Of a stretch of DNA of 64,000 nucleotides, positions 32,560-43,520 are shown one piece after another (positions within the stretch are counted from its first letter, which is position 1; each line of letters opens with the position of its first letter). Origin of the DNA: Epithemia pelagica (lineage: Eukaryota; Protista; Bacillariophyta); contig OX337230.1 of NCBI GenBank assembly GCA_946965045.2, forward strand, positions 1,240,001 through 1,304,000. Reading direction: 5' to 3'. The notes beneath the pieces are model-generated. The model was not told the origin of the DNA. It searched no databases and worked only from the letters and a program-made list of their open reading frames with translations. The translations under genes were made by a program, and so were the position numbers.

Positions 32560-34529
32560 CTAGGTTACGGTCGTGCTTGTGTACGTGGTTTTTTGTGGAG
32601 GCCGTGGTCCGGGCGTCCATCCCTGATCCTGTGCCAAGGCAAGGGACAAGCGTTTCCAATCCTCGTACAGAGGGTCGTTGGTTGGACCGACTACGGCCGT
32701 GGCACAAACAGTCGTTGGAGGAACTTCTAGTGTTTCGTCGTCTCGTTGCCGCCGGCCATTCCACAAGTTTTTCTGATGTTGCAAGGCCACCACTTGGTCC
32801 GGATCGTCCTCCATGTCGTGGTGGTGAGGTCCGTCCAACGTCGTGGGAGGAGAGGCAATGGTACAGGGCAATTGCAAGCGCAAATTGCGATACGAGCTGG
32901 TTGTCGTCGTCTTGTTGTTGTTGTTGTCATTTGTGTTGGACGATAGGACGACCAAATCCATGACACATTCGTATTCCAATTTGACGGGTAGTGTCGAGAC
33001 ACTGGGCACGGCTCGTTCCGGAATGAGCAAGGTCAAACAGACCCGTTGAGTCGTTTCGGGATCGATGCGTTCGTGGGCCGTACACAAGAGCAATTGCTGA
33101 GCTCGGGTTCGAGATTGATTCGTCGGTGTTGTTGTTGTTGTTGTTGCAGTTGTATTAGTGGATGGTGCTTGCACCCATTCTGAACCTTGCACACACGCAC
33201 TGACTTGGACACAGGGGACCCAATCCTGGACAATGGGAGAATCCCGACGAGGAAAGTCCCATTGCAATACCAAACGACTACCGGGAGTCACGGACAAGCG
33301 GACATTCGTGTTCTTGTCGTCGTCACTGTTGCTGCGGGGTGTTTCGTAGGGTGCCAAAACGGTCAAGATGGAGACGGGAGAGCCTCCAATTGGATCTGTC
33401 ACTCGCAAGACGGGGCCGGGAGGAGCATGGACATGAAAGGCGGGACTTTTTCCACGAGGAACTGTCAAGAGCCGGGTTGATACCGTGGAGAGGCACCATG
33501 CCATTCCGTTGCCGTCAAGGAACAAGGCAATCCACCCGTCGTATCTTGAACCGTCAATCGCGACGATGACGACGACGACCCGTCCGTGGTACTGACCCTG
33601 GTCCCCAGGACGCATCGTTGGACGAGGACAGGAAATTTCAACCATTGGACCCTGCCCTCGGCCGTTTCCACACGGAGTAAAATGGCATAGGAAAAGCGAC
33701 ACGACACAGCCATGGTCAAGGTACTGGGCAAATCGTCCGGTAAATCCGCTCGAAACGCAAAGGTCCTCCAAGCAGCATGACCTTCGGGAAAATGATCATT
33801 TTCTTCATCTGGCATGGCGGACAATGACAACTCTGAAACAGTCTCGGATGTCAACGGAGCATCCTCGTCAGTCTCGTCGTCGTCGTCAGCGTTGGGTGGT
33901 GGATTGGCCCAATCCTCTGTGTAGCGAATGGGCCGTGGTCTCACATCATTGTACAGCGGCACAGCGCCAACGCCTTGTTGTGGTGGTGACAGGGCAAGTA
34001 GATTGACCATTGCATTGGGCCGCACATGGGAGGATGCTGGTTGTTGTTGTGGTTGTGGATTGGATGGTTGTTGTTGTGGTTGTTGTTGTGGTTGTGGACG
34101 ATTGGATTCGGGCACGGCCGTCCAAAAGACACGATGCCGTTCCGGCAGAGTTCGTGGTAGGTTTCGGACGGCTTGCAAGACATGGACACGGTCCTTGGGT
34201 TGTTGGTGGTCTTCCAGTGGTGGTTCTTCTTCCTCACGGCCATAGGCTTCCATATAATGGCTCGTCTTGTGCCATCGACTGTCCAACCGACAATATCCCA
34301 CCACACACAAGCCAAGAGATTTCCAGGGAGGAGGTGATGAAACTACCAGTCGAGTTCCATGCGTAGGATTAGTATTCGTGTCGTCGTCGTTGTTGTTGTT
34401 GTTGCAATGACGTTGTCGCTGGACTTGAATGGTTCCGACAATGGCTTGTCCCGGTCGAACGACGGGTCGACTCAAGGTAACTTGTACCACATGCTGTTCT
34501 TTTGGTTCCTGCTTCGGTTCGTCGTCCAT
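32560..34529 (-). pseudogene. RGP1-like gene copy with the same frameshift as unit 1
   Basis: ORFs 33465..34529 and 32560..33771; identical lesion at ~33465. Confidence 0.8.
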
Positions 34530-34897
34530 GTCGTGTTGTAGTAGAGTGGGGCTTTGGTTGTCCTTCTTCTTGTGGTCGTTTGGGTGGGATTTCGTTTGGA
34601 TCCTTTTTCGTCATGGCGTTTTGGATCTTATCATCGCGATGAGTTCTGTTCGCTTAGGGAGGGGGTTACACGTTTCGAAGATCGAAGGGAAAAGCTATTA
34701 GCTCTACCTATGGGTCGAGAGAGCTAAGCTTGTCTCTGAGTACGGGACTCTCTAGCTAGAGGAATACTCTAGCAGGCAATTTTGTGTCAAACGATTGTGG
34801 AGTCGGACTGCTGCCACAAATTTTTGAGCCCAAGCCTATGAACTTGCGAATGCCTATCATTATCATCCCATTCAAATCTTCATTCCTTTCTTCTATA

Positions 34898-35368
34898 ATG
34901 TCTCGTTCTTCATTGTTCAAGGTGCTCCCCAAAGTTCCGCCGGGAGGAGCGACGACGATTGCTCATCGTCGTTGTGTTGGCCAAAGCCGGTGGAAATCCA
35001 CCGCGTTCGGCAAGACCGAAAAGGACGATATGTCCTTTTCGACATTGCGAGACGAGATCCAGAATCTCAGCACCAAGATCCAGAATCTCAGCACGAAGTT
35101 GGACACGCTGGCAAGCAAGATTGACACGCAGGCAAGCAAGATTGTGATCGGGGTAGTGGTCGGGATGGGGGGACTCATGCTCGCCCTTTATGCCGCTGCC
35201 GCCACCAATTTTCAAACGTTTGCTAGTACCGTGTCTAGTCGGTTCGATGGCGACGCACAGAGATTCAACTCCATGTCCGAATTCCTTTCGCATCGTTTTG
35301 ATGCGCAGGATGCCAAGATCAATGCCCAAGAAGTCAAAATTGAATATACCAACAAGAAAGGCCGCTAG
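34898..35368 (+). CDS. Small mitochondria-targeted coiled-coil/TM family, copy 5 (same protein as copy 4)
   Basis: Translation identical to that of 31554..32024. Confidence 0.7.
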   Translation: MSRSSLFKVLPKVPPGGATTIAHRRCVGQSRWKSTAFGKTEKDDMSFSTLRDEIQNLSTKIQNLSTKLDTLASKIDTQASKIVIGVVVGMGGLMLALYAAAATNFQTFASTVSSRFDGDAQRFNSMSEFLSHRFDAQDAKINAQEVKIEYTNKKGR

Positions 35369-35903
35369 AAGTTGTGCTTTGTGCATGTCGGGGCGTCGTG
35401 TATGCGATATAACTATTTGATAGATATTGAGTTTAGAAAATCATCATTGCGTGTTGAGTCGAAACACTATTTTGGTTGTGTTTGTACAAACGCTTCCGAG
35501 GAAGCGCGGGGATTTCCTTCGTATTCACTAGTTTGGCTGGGATACGGCGGCTCTTGTGAGGGACCCGCGGGATCACAGAAGAGCCTCGTTCACATCTCCC
35601 TCCATTCAGAGACCAGACGGATGATAACAAACGAATAAAAATTACACCATGTACTCGGCGAAGGGGACGACTCCAATGCAAATGTCCTTGCGCATCGTGT
35701 GGTTGGAATAATGTCGCTACCAACAACGTGTTCGTGGATCAATTTCACACCACTGTTCAGATGACAACAACAACATGGCCCACAAATCAACGAGCAACGA
35801 GACGCTACTATAAGGACAATGGTAGCCAAAAGTATTCCAATCCAGAACGTGCCATGCCTCATGAGAATAGCATTCCACGCAAAACCAGTTGCTTTACGTG
35901 TGT

Positions 35904-37883
35904 CTAGGTTACGGTCGTGCTTGTGTACGTGGTTTTTTGTGGAGGCCGTGGTCCGGGCGTCCATCCCTGATCCTGTGCCAAGGCAAGGGACAAGCGTTTC
36001 CAATCCTCGTACAGAGGGTCGTTGGTTGGACCGACTACGGCCGTGGCACAAACAGTCGTTGGAGGAACTTCTAGTGTTTCGTCGTCTCGTTGCCGCCGGC
36101 CATTCCACAAGTTTTTCTGATGTTGCAAGGCCACCACTTGGTCCGGATCGTCCTCCATGTCGTGGTGGTGAGGTCCGTCCAACGTCGTGGGAGGAGAGGC
36201 AATGGTACAGGGCAATTGCAAGCGCAAATTGCGATACGAGCTGGTTGTCGTCGTCTTGTTGTTGTTGTTGTCATTTGTGTTGGACGATAGGACGACCAAA
36301 TCCATGACACATTCGTATTCCAATTTGACGGGTAGTGTCGAGACACTGGGCACGGCTCGTTCCGGAATGAGCAAGGTCAAACAGACCCGTTGAGTCGTTT
36401 CGGGATCGATGCGTTCGTGGGCCGTACACAAGAGCAATTGCTGAGCTCGGGTTCGAGATTGATTCGTCGGTGTTGTTGTTGTTGTTGTTGTTGTTGCAGT
36501 TGTATTAGTGGATGGTGCTTGCACCCATTCCGAACCTTGCACACACGCACTGACTTGGACACAGGGGACCCAATCCTGGACAATGGGAGAATCCCGACGA
36601 GGAAAGTCCCATTGCAACACCAAGCGACTACCGGGAGTCACGGACAAGCGGACATTCGTGTTCTTGTCGTCGTCACTGTTGCTGCGGGGTGTTTCGTAGG
36701 GTGCCAAAACGGTCAAGATGGAGACGGGAGAGCCTCCAATTGGATCTGTCACTCGCAAGACGGGGCCGGGAGGAGCATGAACATGAAAGGCGGGACTTTT
36801 TCCACGAGGAACCGTCAAGGAACCGGGTTGATACCGTGGAGAGGCACCATGCCATTCCGTTGCCGTCAAGGAACAAGGCAATCCACCCGTCGTATCTTGA
36901 ACCGTCAATCGCGACGACGACGCCGATCCGTCCGTGGTACTGCCCCTTGTCCCCAGGACGCATCGTTGGACGAGGACAGGAAATTCCAACCATTGGACCC
37001 TGCCCTCGGCCGTTTCCACACGGAGTAAAATGGCATAGGAAAAGCGACACGATACGGCCATGGTCAAGGTACTGGGCAAATCGTCCGGTAACTCCGCTCG
37101 AAACGCAAAGGTCCTCCAAGCAGCATGACCTTTGGGAAGATGATCATTTTCTTCATCTGGCATGGCGGACAATGACAACTCTGAAACAGTCTCGGACGTC
37201 AATGGAGCATCCTCGTCAGTCTCGTCGTCGTCGTTGTCGTCAGCGTTGGGTGGTGGATTGGCCCAATCCTCTGTGTAGCGAATGGGCCGTGGTCTCACAT
37301 CATTGTACAGCGGCACAGCGCCAACGCCTTGTTGTGGTGGTGACAGGGCTAAAAGATTGACCATTGTATTGGGCCGCACATGGGAGGATGCTGGTTGTTG
37401 TTGTGGTTGTGGATTGGATGGTTGTTGTTGTTGTTGCTGCTGTGGTTGTGGAGGATTGGATTCGGGCACGGCCGTCCAAAAGACACGATGCCGTTCCGGC
37501 AGAGTTCGTGGAAGGTTTCGGACAGCTTGCAAGACATGGACACGGTCCGTGGGTTGTTGGTGGTCTTCCAGTGGTGGTTCTTCTTCCCCACGGCCATAGG
37601 CTTCCATATAATGGCTCGTCTTGTGCCATCGACTGTCCAACCGACAATATCCCACCACACACAAGCCAAGAGATTTCCAGGGAGGAGGTGAAGAAACCAC
37701 CAGTCGAGTTCCATGCGTAGTATTGGTATTCGTGTCGTCGTCGTTGTTGTTGTTGTTGCAATGACGTTGTCGCTGGACTTGAATGGTTCCGACAATGGCT
37801 TGTCCCGGTCGAACGACGGGTCGACTCAAGGTAACTTGTACCACATGCTGTTCTTTTGGTTCCTGCTTCGGTTCGTCGTCCAT
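35904..37883 (-). CDS. RGP1: RGP1-like protein (arrestin-fold subunit of the Ric1-Rgp1 Rab6 GEF), intact 659 aa
   Basis: VQVTLSRPVVRPGQAIVGTIQV, FAFRAELPDDLPSTL...CRFSYAILLRV, GSRLVLQWDF...VPCVQVSACVQGSEWV, LCTAHERI...VCLTLLIPERAVPSVST..VKLEYEC, LRLQLPCTI follow the RGP1 motif order. Confidence 0.65.
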   Translation of the reverse strand: MDDEPKQEPKEQHVVQVTLSRPVVRPGQAIVGTIQVQRQRHCNNNNNDDDTNTNTTHGTRLVVSSPPPWKSLGLCVVGYCRLDSRWHKTSHYMEAYGRGEEEPPLEDHQQPTDRVHVLQAVRNLPRTLPERHRVFWTAVPESNPPQPQQQQQQQPSNPQPQQQPASSHVRPNTMVNLLALSPPQQGVGAVPLYNDVRPRPIRYTEDWANPPPNADDNDDDETDEDAPLTSETVSELSLSAMPDEENDHLPKGHAAWRTFAFRAELPDDLPSTLTMAVSCRFSYAILLRVETAEGRVQWLEFPVLVQRCVLGTRGSTTDGSASSSRLTVQDTTGGLPCSLTATEWHGASPRYQPGSLTVPRGKSPAFHVHAPPGPVLRVTDPIGGSPVSILTVLAPYETPRSNSDDDKNTNVRLSVTPGSRLVLQWDFPRRDSPIVQDWVPCVQVSACVQGSEWVQAPSTNTTATTTTTTTTPTNQSRTRAQQLLLCTAHERIDPETTQRVCLTLLIPERAVPSVSTLPVKLEYECVMDLVVLSSNTNDNNNNKTTTTSSYRNLRLQLPCTIASPPTTLDGPHHHDMEDDPDQVVALQHQKNLWNGRRQRDDETLEVPPTTVCATAVVGPTNDPLYEDWKRLSLALAQDQGWTPGPRPPQKTTYTSTTVT

Positions 37884-38154
37884 GTCGTGTTGTAGTAGAG
37901 TGGGGCTTTGGTTGTCCTTCTTCTTGTGGCCGTTTGGGTGGGATTTCGTTTGGATCCTTTTTCGTCATGGCGTTTTGGATCTTATCATCGCGCGAAGATG
38001 TTATGGTCGCTCAGGGATGGGGTTACACGTTTCGAAGATCGAAGGGAAAAGCTACAATATTAGCTCTACCTATGGGTCGAGAGAGCTAAGCTTGTCTCTG
38101 ATTACGGGACTCTCTAGCTAGAGGAATACTCTAGAAGGAGTTGAAAAGAGATGA

Positions 38155-38321
38155 TCTTTCGCAATGCCGCTGCCTCGCTGTGATCGGTGGTATCATTATC
38201 ATGGTTCGTGATTGTACCGAAAACAGAGAGCGGACAAGAGATTGGCACCTATTGGCACATCATCACGAAATGCGAAAAGATCCCATCGCATTTATCAAGT
38301 CGCGGATAACTTCCTGGACAG
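38155..38321. repeat. Diverged copy of the 5' end and promoter of the methyltransferase gene (about 40838..41011)
   Basis: Shared tctttcgca-tgccgctgc-tcg-tgtg-tcggtggtatcattatc-tggttc-tgattgtacc--aaacagagagcggacaagagattggcaccta...aagtcgcggata-cttcct-gacag. Confidence 0.8.
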
Positions 38322-38483
38322 GTATGAGGGACGCATCACGCGCGCCATCCCTCTCGCGCGGCATTGCCCAGCATGCTCGCGATCCACTGCCTTGCTCACG
38401 ACAGATAACAAAATCGTTGCGTTCCTCGTTCCTCCTCCTCTCTTTTCATGTCACGCTCAGATGAGAAGAAACGGCCAAACACC

Positions 38484-39290
38484 ATGTCTTCCAATCTGGA
38501 AAAGCCACTTGGTGTGAGGTTTGACAGCAACATTGACTTTGTGGCGAACGAGAAGAGTGCTGAGCGTCGGTTTGAGAAAGAACGACTAAAGAAAGTAAGT
38601 GTCTCGAACGAGGAGTCTTCACTGGAAAATCTGATGCTTCTTTTGCGTTTTAAGGGTATGCAATCGTTGATGATCCGAACGATGCTGTATCTTCGCGACA
38701 CAAGATGTCGTAGAGTGATCACTCGCGTCTCGTTTTCCCCTTCCTGTTCAATAGATTGAACAATGCAAGTTCACACGATGATCTCACTTCTTCTTCCTTC
38801 CCCTACTATTTGTCCATGGTTGCACAGGTGCACAAGAAAAGCTGAATGCTGGTAGGTTTTCATCTTCTCTGATTCGGTGTTGCAATTCAGCAAGTTTCTG
38901 TTTAGCTAATTGTTTTCTTACGGCAACGTCTTGTTTCGTTTTGTTTCCACTGAAGAATTCCAGCTTTTCCTGGATTCATTCTTCAATCCAGCAAATGAAG
39001 CGGGTCTCGAAGAATGTTTTGGGGATCCACGGGTCACACCGGCGTTTAACTCCCTGTTCCAAGATACTGGAATACACATGGAAGGAATGACCTTCCGGGA
39101 GCGCCTTGGTGCCCTTCGTGGGCAGTACCAGAACCAAGAGCTTTTGCCTGAAACACGGAATTGGCTGCTTGTACTTCATCATCACCTCCAAGGACTCCAA
39201 CTCGAAAGACGCGATGGAGCGATTATAGCTTTTGTAACTCCAGAGAACTCGCCCTCGCGGGGCGGTACTGGAGGGCAGGGAGCTGTGTAG
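38484..39290 (+). CDS. Hypothetical 176-aa protein, three exons (38484..38655, 38828..38851, 38956..39290) including a 24-nt micro-exon
   Basis: Donors GTATGC (38656) and GTAGGT (38852), acceptors cacAG (38827) and tgaAG (38955), and branch-like gctaat at ~38905. All phase 1, giving one open frame ...LLLRFKGAQEKLNAEFQLFLDSFF... Confidence 0.55.
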
Positions 39291-39793
39291 CAGCGAGTGG
39301 GAACAGAGTAGTGTTCCATGGAGTTTGAACACTGTCTTTTCCTGAGCTGACCGGACGACAGCTTCTTTGTGAAGCTAGGCTCTCGTTGGTTTTGAAGGGC
39401 CAGGGAACAGTTCGTCAACTTTGTCCAAAATCAAATAAAGTAAAGAGCTATAAATTCCCCAATGTGCAAATACGACAGCTGTCTAGAATTTAGGGCTTTA
39501 CTGGTTATCAGTGGTCCAATCTGGATGTTGCTTTGCTGGAGGATATGGGTGGATCCAGGAATGTCGATGACGTTCAATCCGAGAATGGCATTGTTTGCAG
39601 ATGAAGAAAAGTGATGGAAACCACAGAACACGCTCACAACGCACTGGGCGCACTGAATGGATCCAAACTCCTGCGGAAGGTCTTGAGACATGTCAGGCGT
39701 TCTTGTCTTGGATGATGACAGATAGAATGGATCCATAAACACCCAGAGCCCATTTCCTCAAGTTTCCATAGACAATGATGATTGGTCGGTCGG

Positions 39794-40957
39794 TCACCTG
39801 GCGGTTGTTGTATACGGTACGGTCGTTTCATCGACACTGCACAACCACAACGACGACAAGGGTTCGTCAGACGACGATGACGACAATGCTAACGATGGAA
39901 CCTTGGTTGGTTGGGATTGGTCACGAGGTTGATACAAGGTCCATTCCCAAAGATCATCTTTCTGGGCAGAATCCTCCTTGTTCTTATCTGCATGTTGCTG
40001 CTGCTGTTGCAACTCGTGCAGAGTTTCCAAAAAGGCATCTTTCTGGACTCGATCGGTTTGACAAAAGACCCAGACTCGTGTTTTTTTCTTGTTGTCGTTG
40101 TCGTTGTTGTGGTTAAAAAGTAACGCATGGACCAGCCGTGCGGCTCCTCGCGCCACGTGCGAGGATTCAAAGACATCGGACAAGAGGTACAAATCGGCTG
40201 CCGGCGGCCAGGCAAATTCTTGTTTGGGACAATTCTCGTCCTTGTCATGAGAATAATACTCATGATTGCTTCCACAACACGACAACAAATCATATCGACT
40301 GGCCTGGACCCGATCCGACCAGCCTTGGTCGTGAGCGGCCGTTTGGACCATGCGCAAGGCCAAGGCATCGACATCGGTGGCAAACACTTGCTTGGCTCCC
40401 AAGGCGGCCGCAGTCAAGGAAGGCAATCCCGGTCCACATCCCAATTCACAAACGGTCAAATGAGACAAGGGTCCAGACGACCCGGACGATGCATTCTCTG
40501 CCGACATTGTCCTTGTTGGTTTCTCTTTGTGGAGTTGCACTGCCGCTTGGACCAGACAATGGGCGGCAACACGTGCCGTGGGCCACACTTGGGTGGCCAA
40601 AAAGTTGTAGTTGCCGTCCATGACATCCATGGGATTGGAAACGGCATAACAATACCACGACGACACAGGAAACGAACTGGACAACGGTTCTTGACAACTG
40701 GGTAGTGATGGAGAGAAGGGAACACGATGAATGGCAATCGGCTTGTTGGTTCCATGATTAGGCATTGAAATGGAACTCATGGATTCCACAGAACGTGTAA
40801 CGCATGTCAACAAGACAACCCAGAGCCAAACCAAGGCTCTTTCGCACTGCCGCTGCGTCGTTGTGGTCGGTGGTATCATTATCGTGGTTCTTGATTGTAC
40901 CACAAACAGAGAGCGGACAAGAGATTGGCACCTACCTATTAGAGGTATTGGCACCAT
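39794..40957 (-). CDS. Seven-beta-strand (family 16, lysine) methyltransferase
   Basis: ATQVWPTARVAA, TVCELGCGPGLPSLTAAALGAKQVFATD, DLYLLSDVF. Confidence 0.9.
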   Translation of the reverse strand: MVPIPLIGRCQSLVRSLFVVQSRTTIMIPPTTTTQRQCERALVWLWVVLLTCVTRSVESMSSISMPNHGTNKPIAIHRVPFSPSLPSCQEPLSSSFPVSSWYCYAVSNPMDVMDGNYNFLATQVWPTARVAAHCLVQAAVQLHKEKPTRTMSAENASSGSSGPLSHLTVCELGCGPGLPSLTAAALGAKQVFATDVDALALRMVQTAAHDQGWSDRVQASRYDLLSCCGSNHEYYSHDKDENCPKQEFAWPPAADLYLLSDVFESSHVARGAARLVHALLFNHNNDNDNKKKTRVWVFCQTDRVQKDAFLETLHELQQQQQHADKNKEDSAQKDDLWEWTLYQPRDQSQPTKVPSLALSSSSSDEPLSSLWLCSVDETTVPYTTTAR

Positions 40958-41274
40958 CTCCCCGAAAGATCCAGTCGCATTTATGAAAGTCGCGGATAGC
41001 TTCCTTGACAGATGTGAGTGGAGGGTTCGCTTTCTTTTTCCGGGTTCTTAGGTGTCATTTGAGATTTTGATGGCTTGATGCCATCTGTCGGATGTGCATG
41101 TTTGGATGACGACGACCATGTTGTCGTTACTATTCTCTACAACAGCCAACGATTTTCTTCCATATTACCCACTCTACTACATTTCTACAATACTAGAACG
41201 AGCCATATTACCCTTTTATTATGTGCGGGTGTGTTCCAAGTAGTTGCACTTCTCAGGTGGCCGAGAACACGGCC

Positions 41275-42249
41275 ATGTCCTCGCCCGAATCGTATCGCCA
41301 CCACAACAACGACAACGACAACAAGAGTTGGACGAACCAGCCATCTCCACAATTGCAACAGACGTCGTACTCTCGTCGAAGACCACCACCACCACCACAC
41401 TCTCCACAAGCGGACCACCACTACACTCGCTCCGAACAAAGAATTGGCAGCAGCCGCCGTCGTCGTGTGGGAGGACCTCCCACTTCTCCAAGTATTCCAC
41501 AAAACAGGATGAGGATGATGATGAAACCACCTCCTCCCGTCTTATCCTTGTTGGGTTCCTACCGCGCGTCGCAATTTTGCAACTTGTTTGTGTTGCAAGG
41601 ATCCGTCCTGGACTTTGGGGCATGGCAATACTTTGATGAATATCCTCAATCGACGGCCATTGTCAATGCCGCCAACGAGGCCTGTCTCGGTGGTGGAGGT
41701 GTCGATGGCGCCATTACCAAGGCTGGTGGTCGACGATTGGAACAAGCCCGCCAGGCCTTGCCTCTGGTACAACCATCCTCCTCGTCCTCCACAACGACGA
41801 TTCGATGTCCGACCGGTCAAGCCGTCTTGACGGGTCCCAATGTCTATGGGAGTTTGTCCGTTCCCTACATTATTCATGCCGTTGGACCCAATTACAATCA
41901 CTACCAACATCGAGACGAACTGGTCCAAGGTCATGTCTTGTTGCAGTCCGCCTATCAATCCTCCTTGACCATTGCCTATACGCATGACATTCAAAGTGTC
42001 GGATTTTCGCTCTTGTCGGCCGGCATATTCAAGGGACCCTACTTGACCTTGAGCAATGTCCTAGAAATTGGAATTCAAGGCATTCAAACCTGGAAACCAC
42101 CACCACTTAGATCCACGGATGGCATCAGGACCAAGCCTCGACCCAATGTGTATTTGTGTGCCTTTACGTCGGAAGAATGCGACACCTTACTCGAGTTGTG
42201 TCAGAAACACTTGGAACCCTTGCAAGCAGACCCAGAAACCTCCAAGTGA
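41275..42249 (+). CDS. Macrodomain protein (MacroD-type ADP-ribose binding/hydrolase)
   Basis: AIVNAANEACLGGGGVDGAITKAGG, CPTGQAVLT, YIIHAVGPNY, SAYQSSL, FSLLSAGIF. Confidence 0.92.
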   Translation: MSSPESYRHHNNDNDNKSWTNQPSPQLQQTSYSRRRPPPPPHSPQADHHYTRSEQRIGSSRRRRVGGPPTSPSIPQNRMRMMMKPPPPVLSLLGSYRASQFCNLFVLQGSVLDFGAWQYFDEYPQSTAIVNAANEACLGGGGVDGAITKAGGRRLEQARQALPLVQPSSSSSTTTIRCPTGQAVLTGPNVYGSLSVPYIIHAVGPNYNHYQHRDELVQGHVLLQSAYQSSLTIAYTHDIQSVGFSLLSAGIFKGPYLTLSNVLEIGIQGIQTWKPPPLRSTDGIRTKPRPNVYLCAFTSEECDTLLELCQKHLEPLQADPETSK

Positions 42250-43407
42250 GAGGAGACGTGGCAATTTTGGAAAGGATATCCAACACATTCAGGTTCCTCA
42301 AAGATAAATAGACAATGAAACAACCTATGTAGAAACAACGGATCATGTTTCTCTTTTGGGCGGTTGTAGGAGCAACTGTTTTGTTGTTGCTGTTGTTGTT
42401 GTTGTAGCCCCTTTCCAGTGGCGGATTCATAATGTCTCAGTGTTGCTGGACACAACGAAGCAAATGGCATTGTCGTCATGGACACTCTCAAAGCCTGAAA
42501 TGGGATCATCCACACGCACACAAGTCTAGAGTCGATATGCAGGTGAGAAAGCACTTTGTCTTGTTTGCTTCCTGCGATGGAACCAAGAGAATATTTGGCA
42601 AACCTGTTGTAGGAGTCCAAGAAACAAGAAATTGGAAACGTCGAAACAAGGCTCCAGCCTGCCTATTGATTGATTGATTGTCTATGATTCAAAGGATTTG
42701 ACAAAGCGCAGACCACAAACGTTGACTAGGTATGCACCAGACTGCCCTATAGTATAATCATTCCTGAATCCCTTGCGCCAATGACCAGTGTCACGCAGCA
42801 TCGGATTATTGTGTTTCACAAGAACCAGAAGGCGTCTCGACCACAGAGTTGTTGTGGTTGTTCTCGTAGAGGCATGGGCATGCGATGAATACTATTGGAG
42901 CGAATGATCATCATTCTCCAAATACAAGAGACCCGTGCGCTCCTCCTCCTCCAGCAGTCATGGACAGGGTCGGTCGGTTCCTTTTCGAGTCGAACCGTCT
43001 AGGTAGGTAGCTCTTGGCAGACAATTGGAGCAGTGACACGCCCTCATTCTGTGTGGAGGTTCCAAGAAGGATGGGACCAAACCGACTGTACCATGCTGTC
43101 GCGTGGAATGGTCGGGGACTCTCCACATACACACCACCACCACCACCACCATCATCACTACCCGCAATGGGGATCTAGAGAGTCTCTTTTGTCGTCGTTT
43201 CTCGGTATCCCCTGGTGTGCGACCGAGCGTCCTTGTCACGGCCACGCCCGTACGGTCCGTGTCGTCGTCGTCGTGGAGCTCTGTGGTTGTTGTTGTTGAT
43301 GTGGTTGTGGTTGGGAAGGCGGATAGGGGGGCGGTCCACATCCCGGCAACCAGGCACGCGTCGTCGTCCTGGAGGACGAGTCATTTGGGTGCGTGTTTTC
43401 GTCGTCC

Positions 43408-43490
<83 letters not shown>
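43408..43490. repeat. Perfect (TTG)n/(CAA)n microsatellite, about 27 units
   Basis: Uninterrupted ttg run from 43408 to 43488 plus tt. Confidence 0.95.
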
Positions 43491-43491
<1 letters not shown>

Positions 43492-43520
43492 GTGTTGGTG
43501 CCATGGAGAGTGTCGTCGGG

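Larger units (their letters stand above)
28700..38134. repeat. Tandem array with a 3344-bp period (about 2.8 units): RGP1-like gene plus small family gene
   Basis: ORF coordinates repeat at +3344 (29216/32560/35904; 31440/34784). Units 1 and 2 are almost identical. Unit 3 matches for ~1 kb, then diverges, and homology ends at ...aatactctag 38134. Confidence 0.95.

Noticed and set aside
28700-38134. Array considered as an LTR retrotransposon or CRISPR-like structure
   Set aside because: Units are 3.3 kb of host-type genes with no gag/pol, no TG...CA LTRs and no short repeat-spacer pattern.
39431-39742. 103-aa minus-strand ORF
   Set aside because: TTG start, no family motif, lies in the 3' region of the methyltransferase gene.
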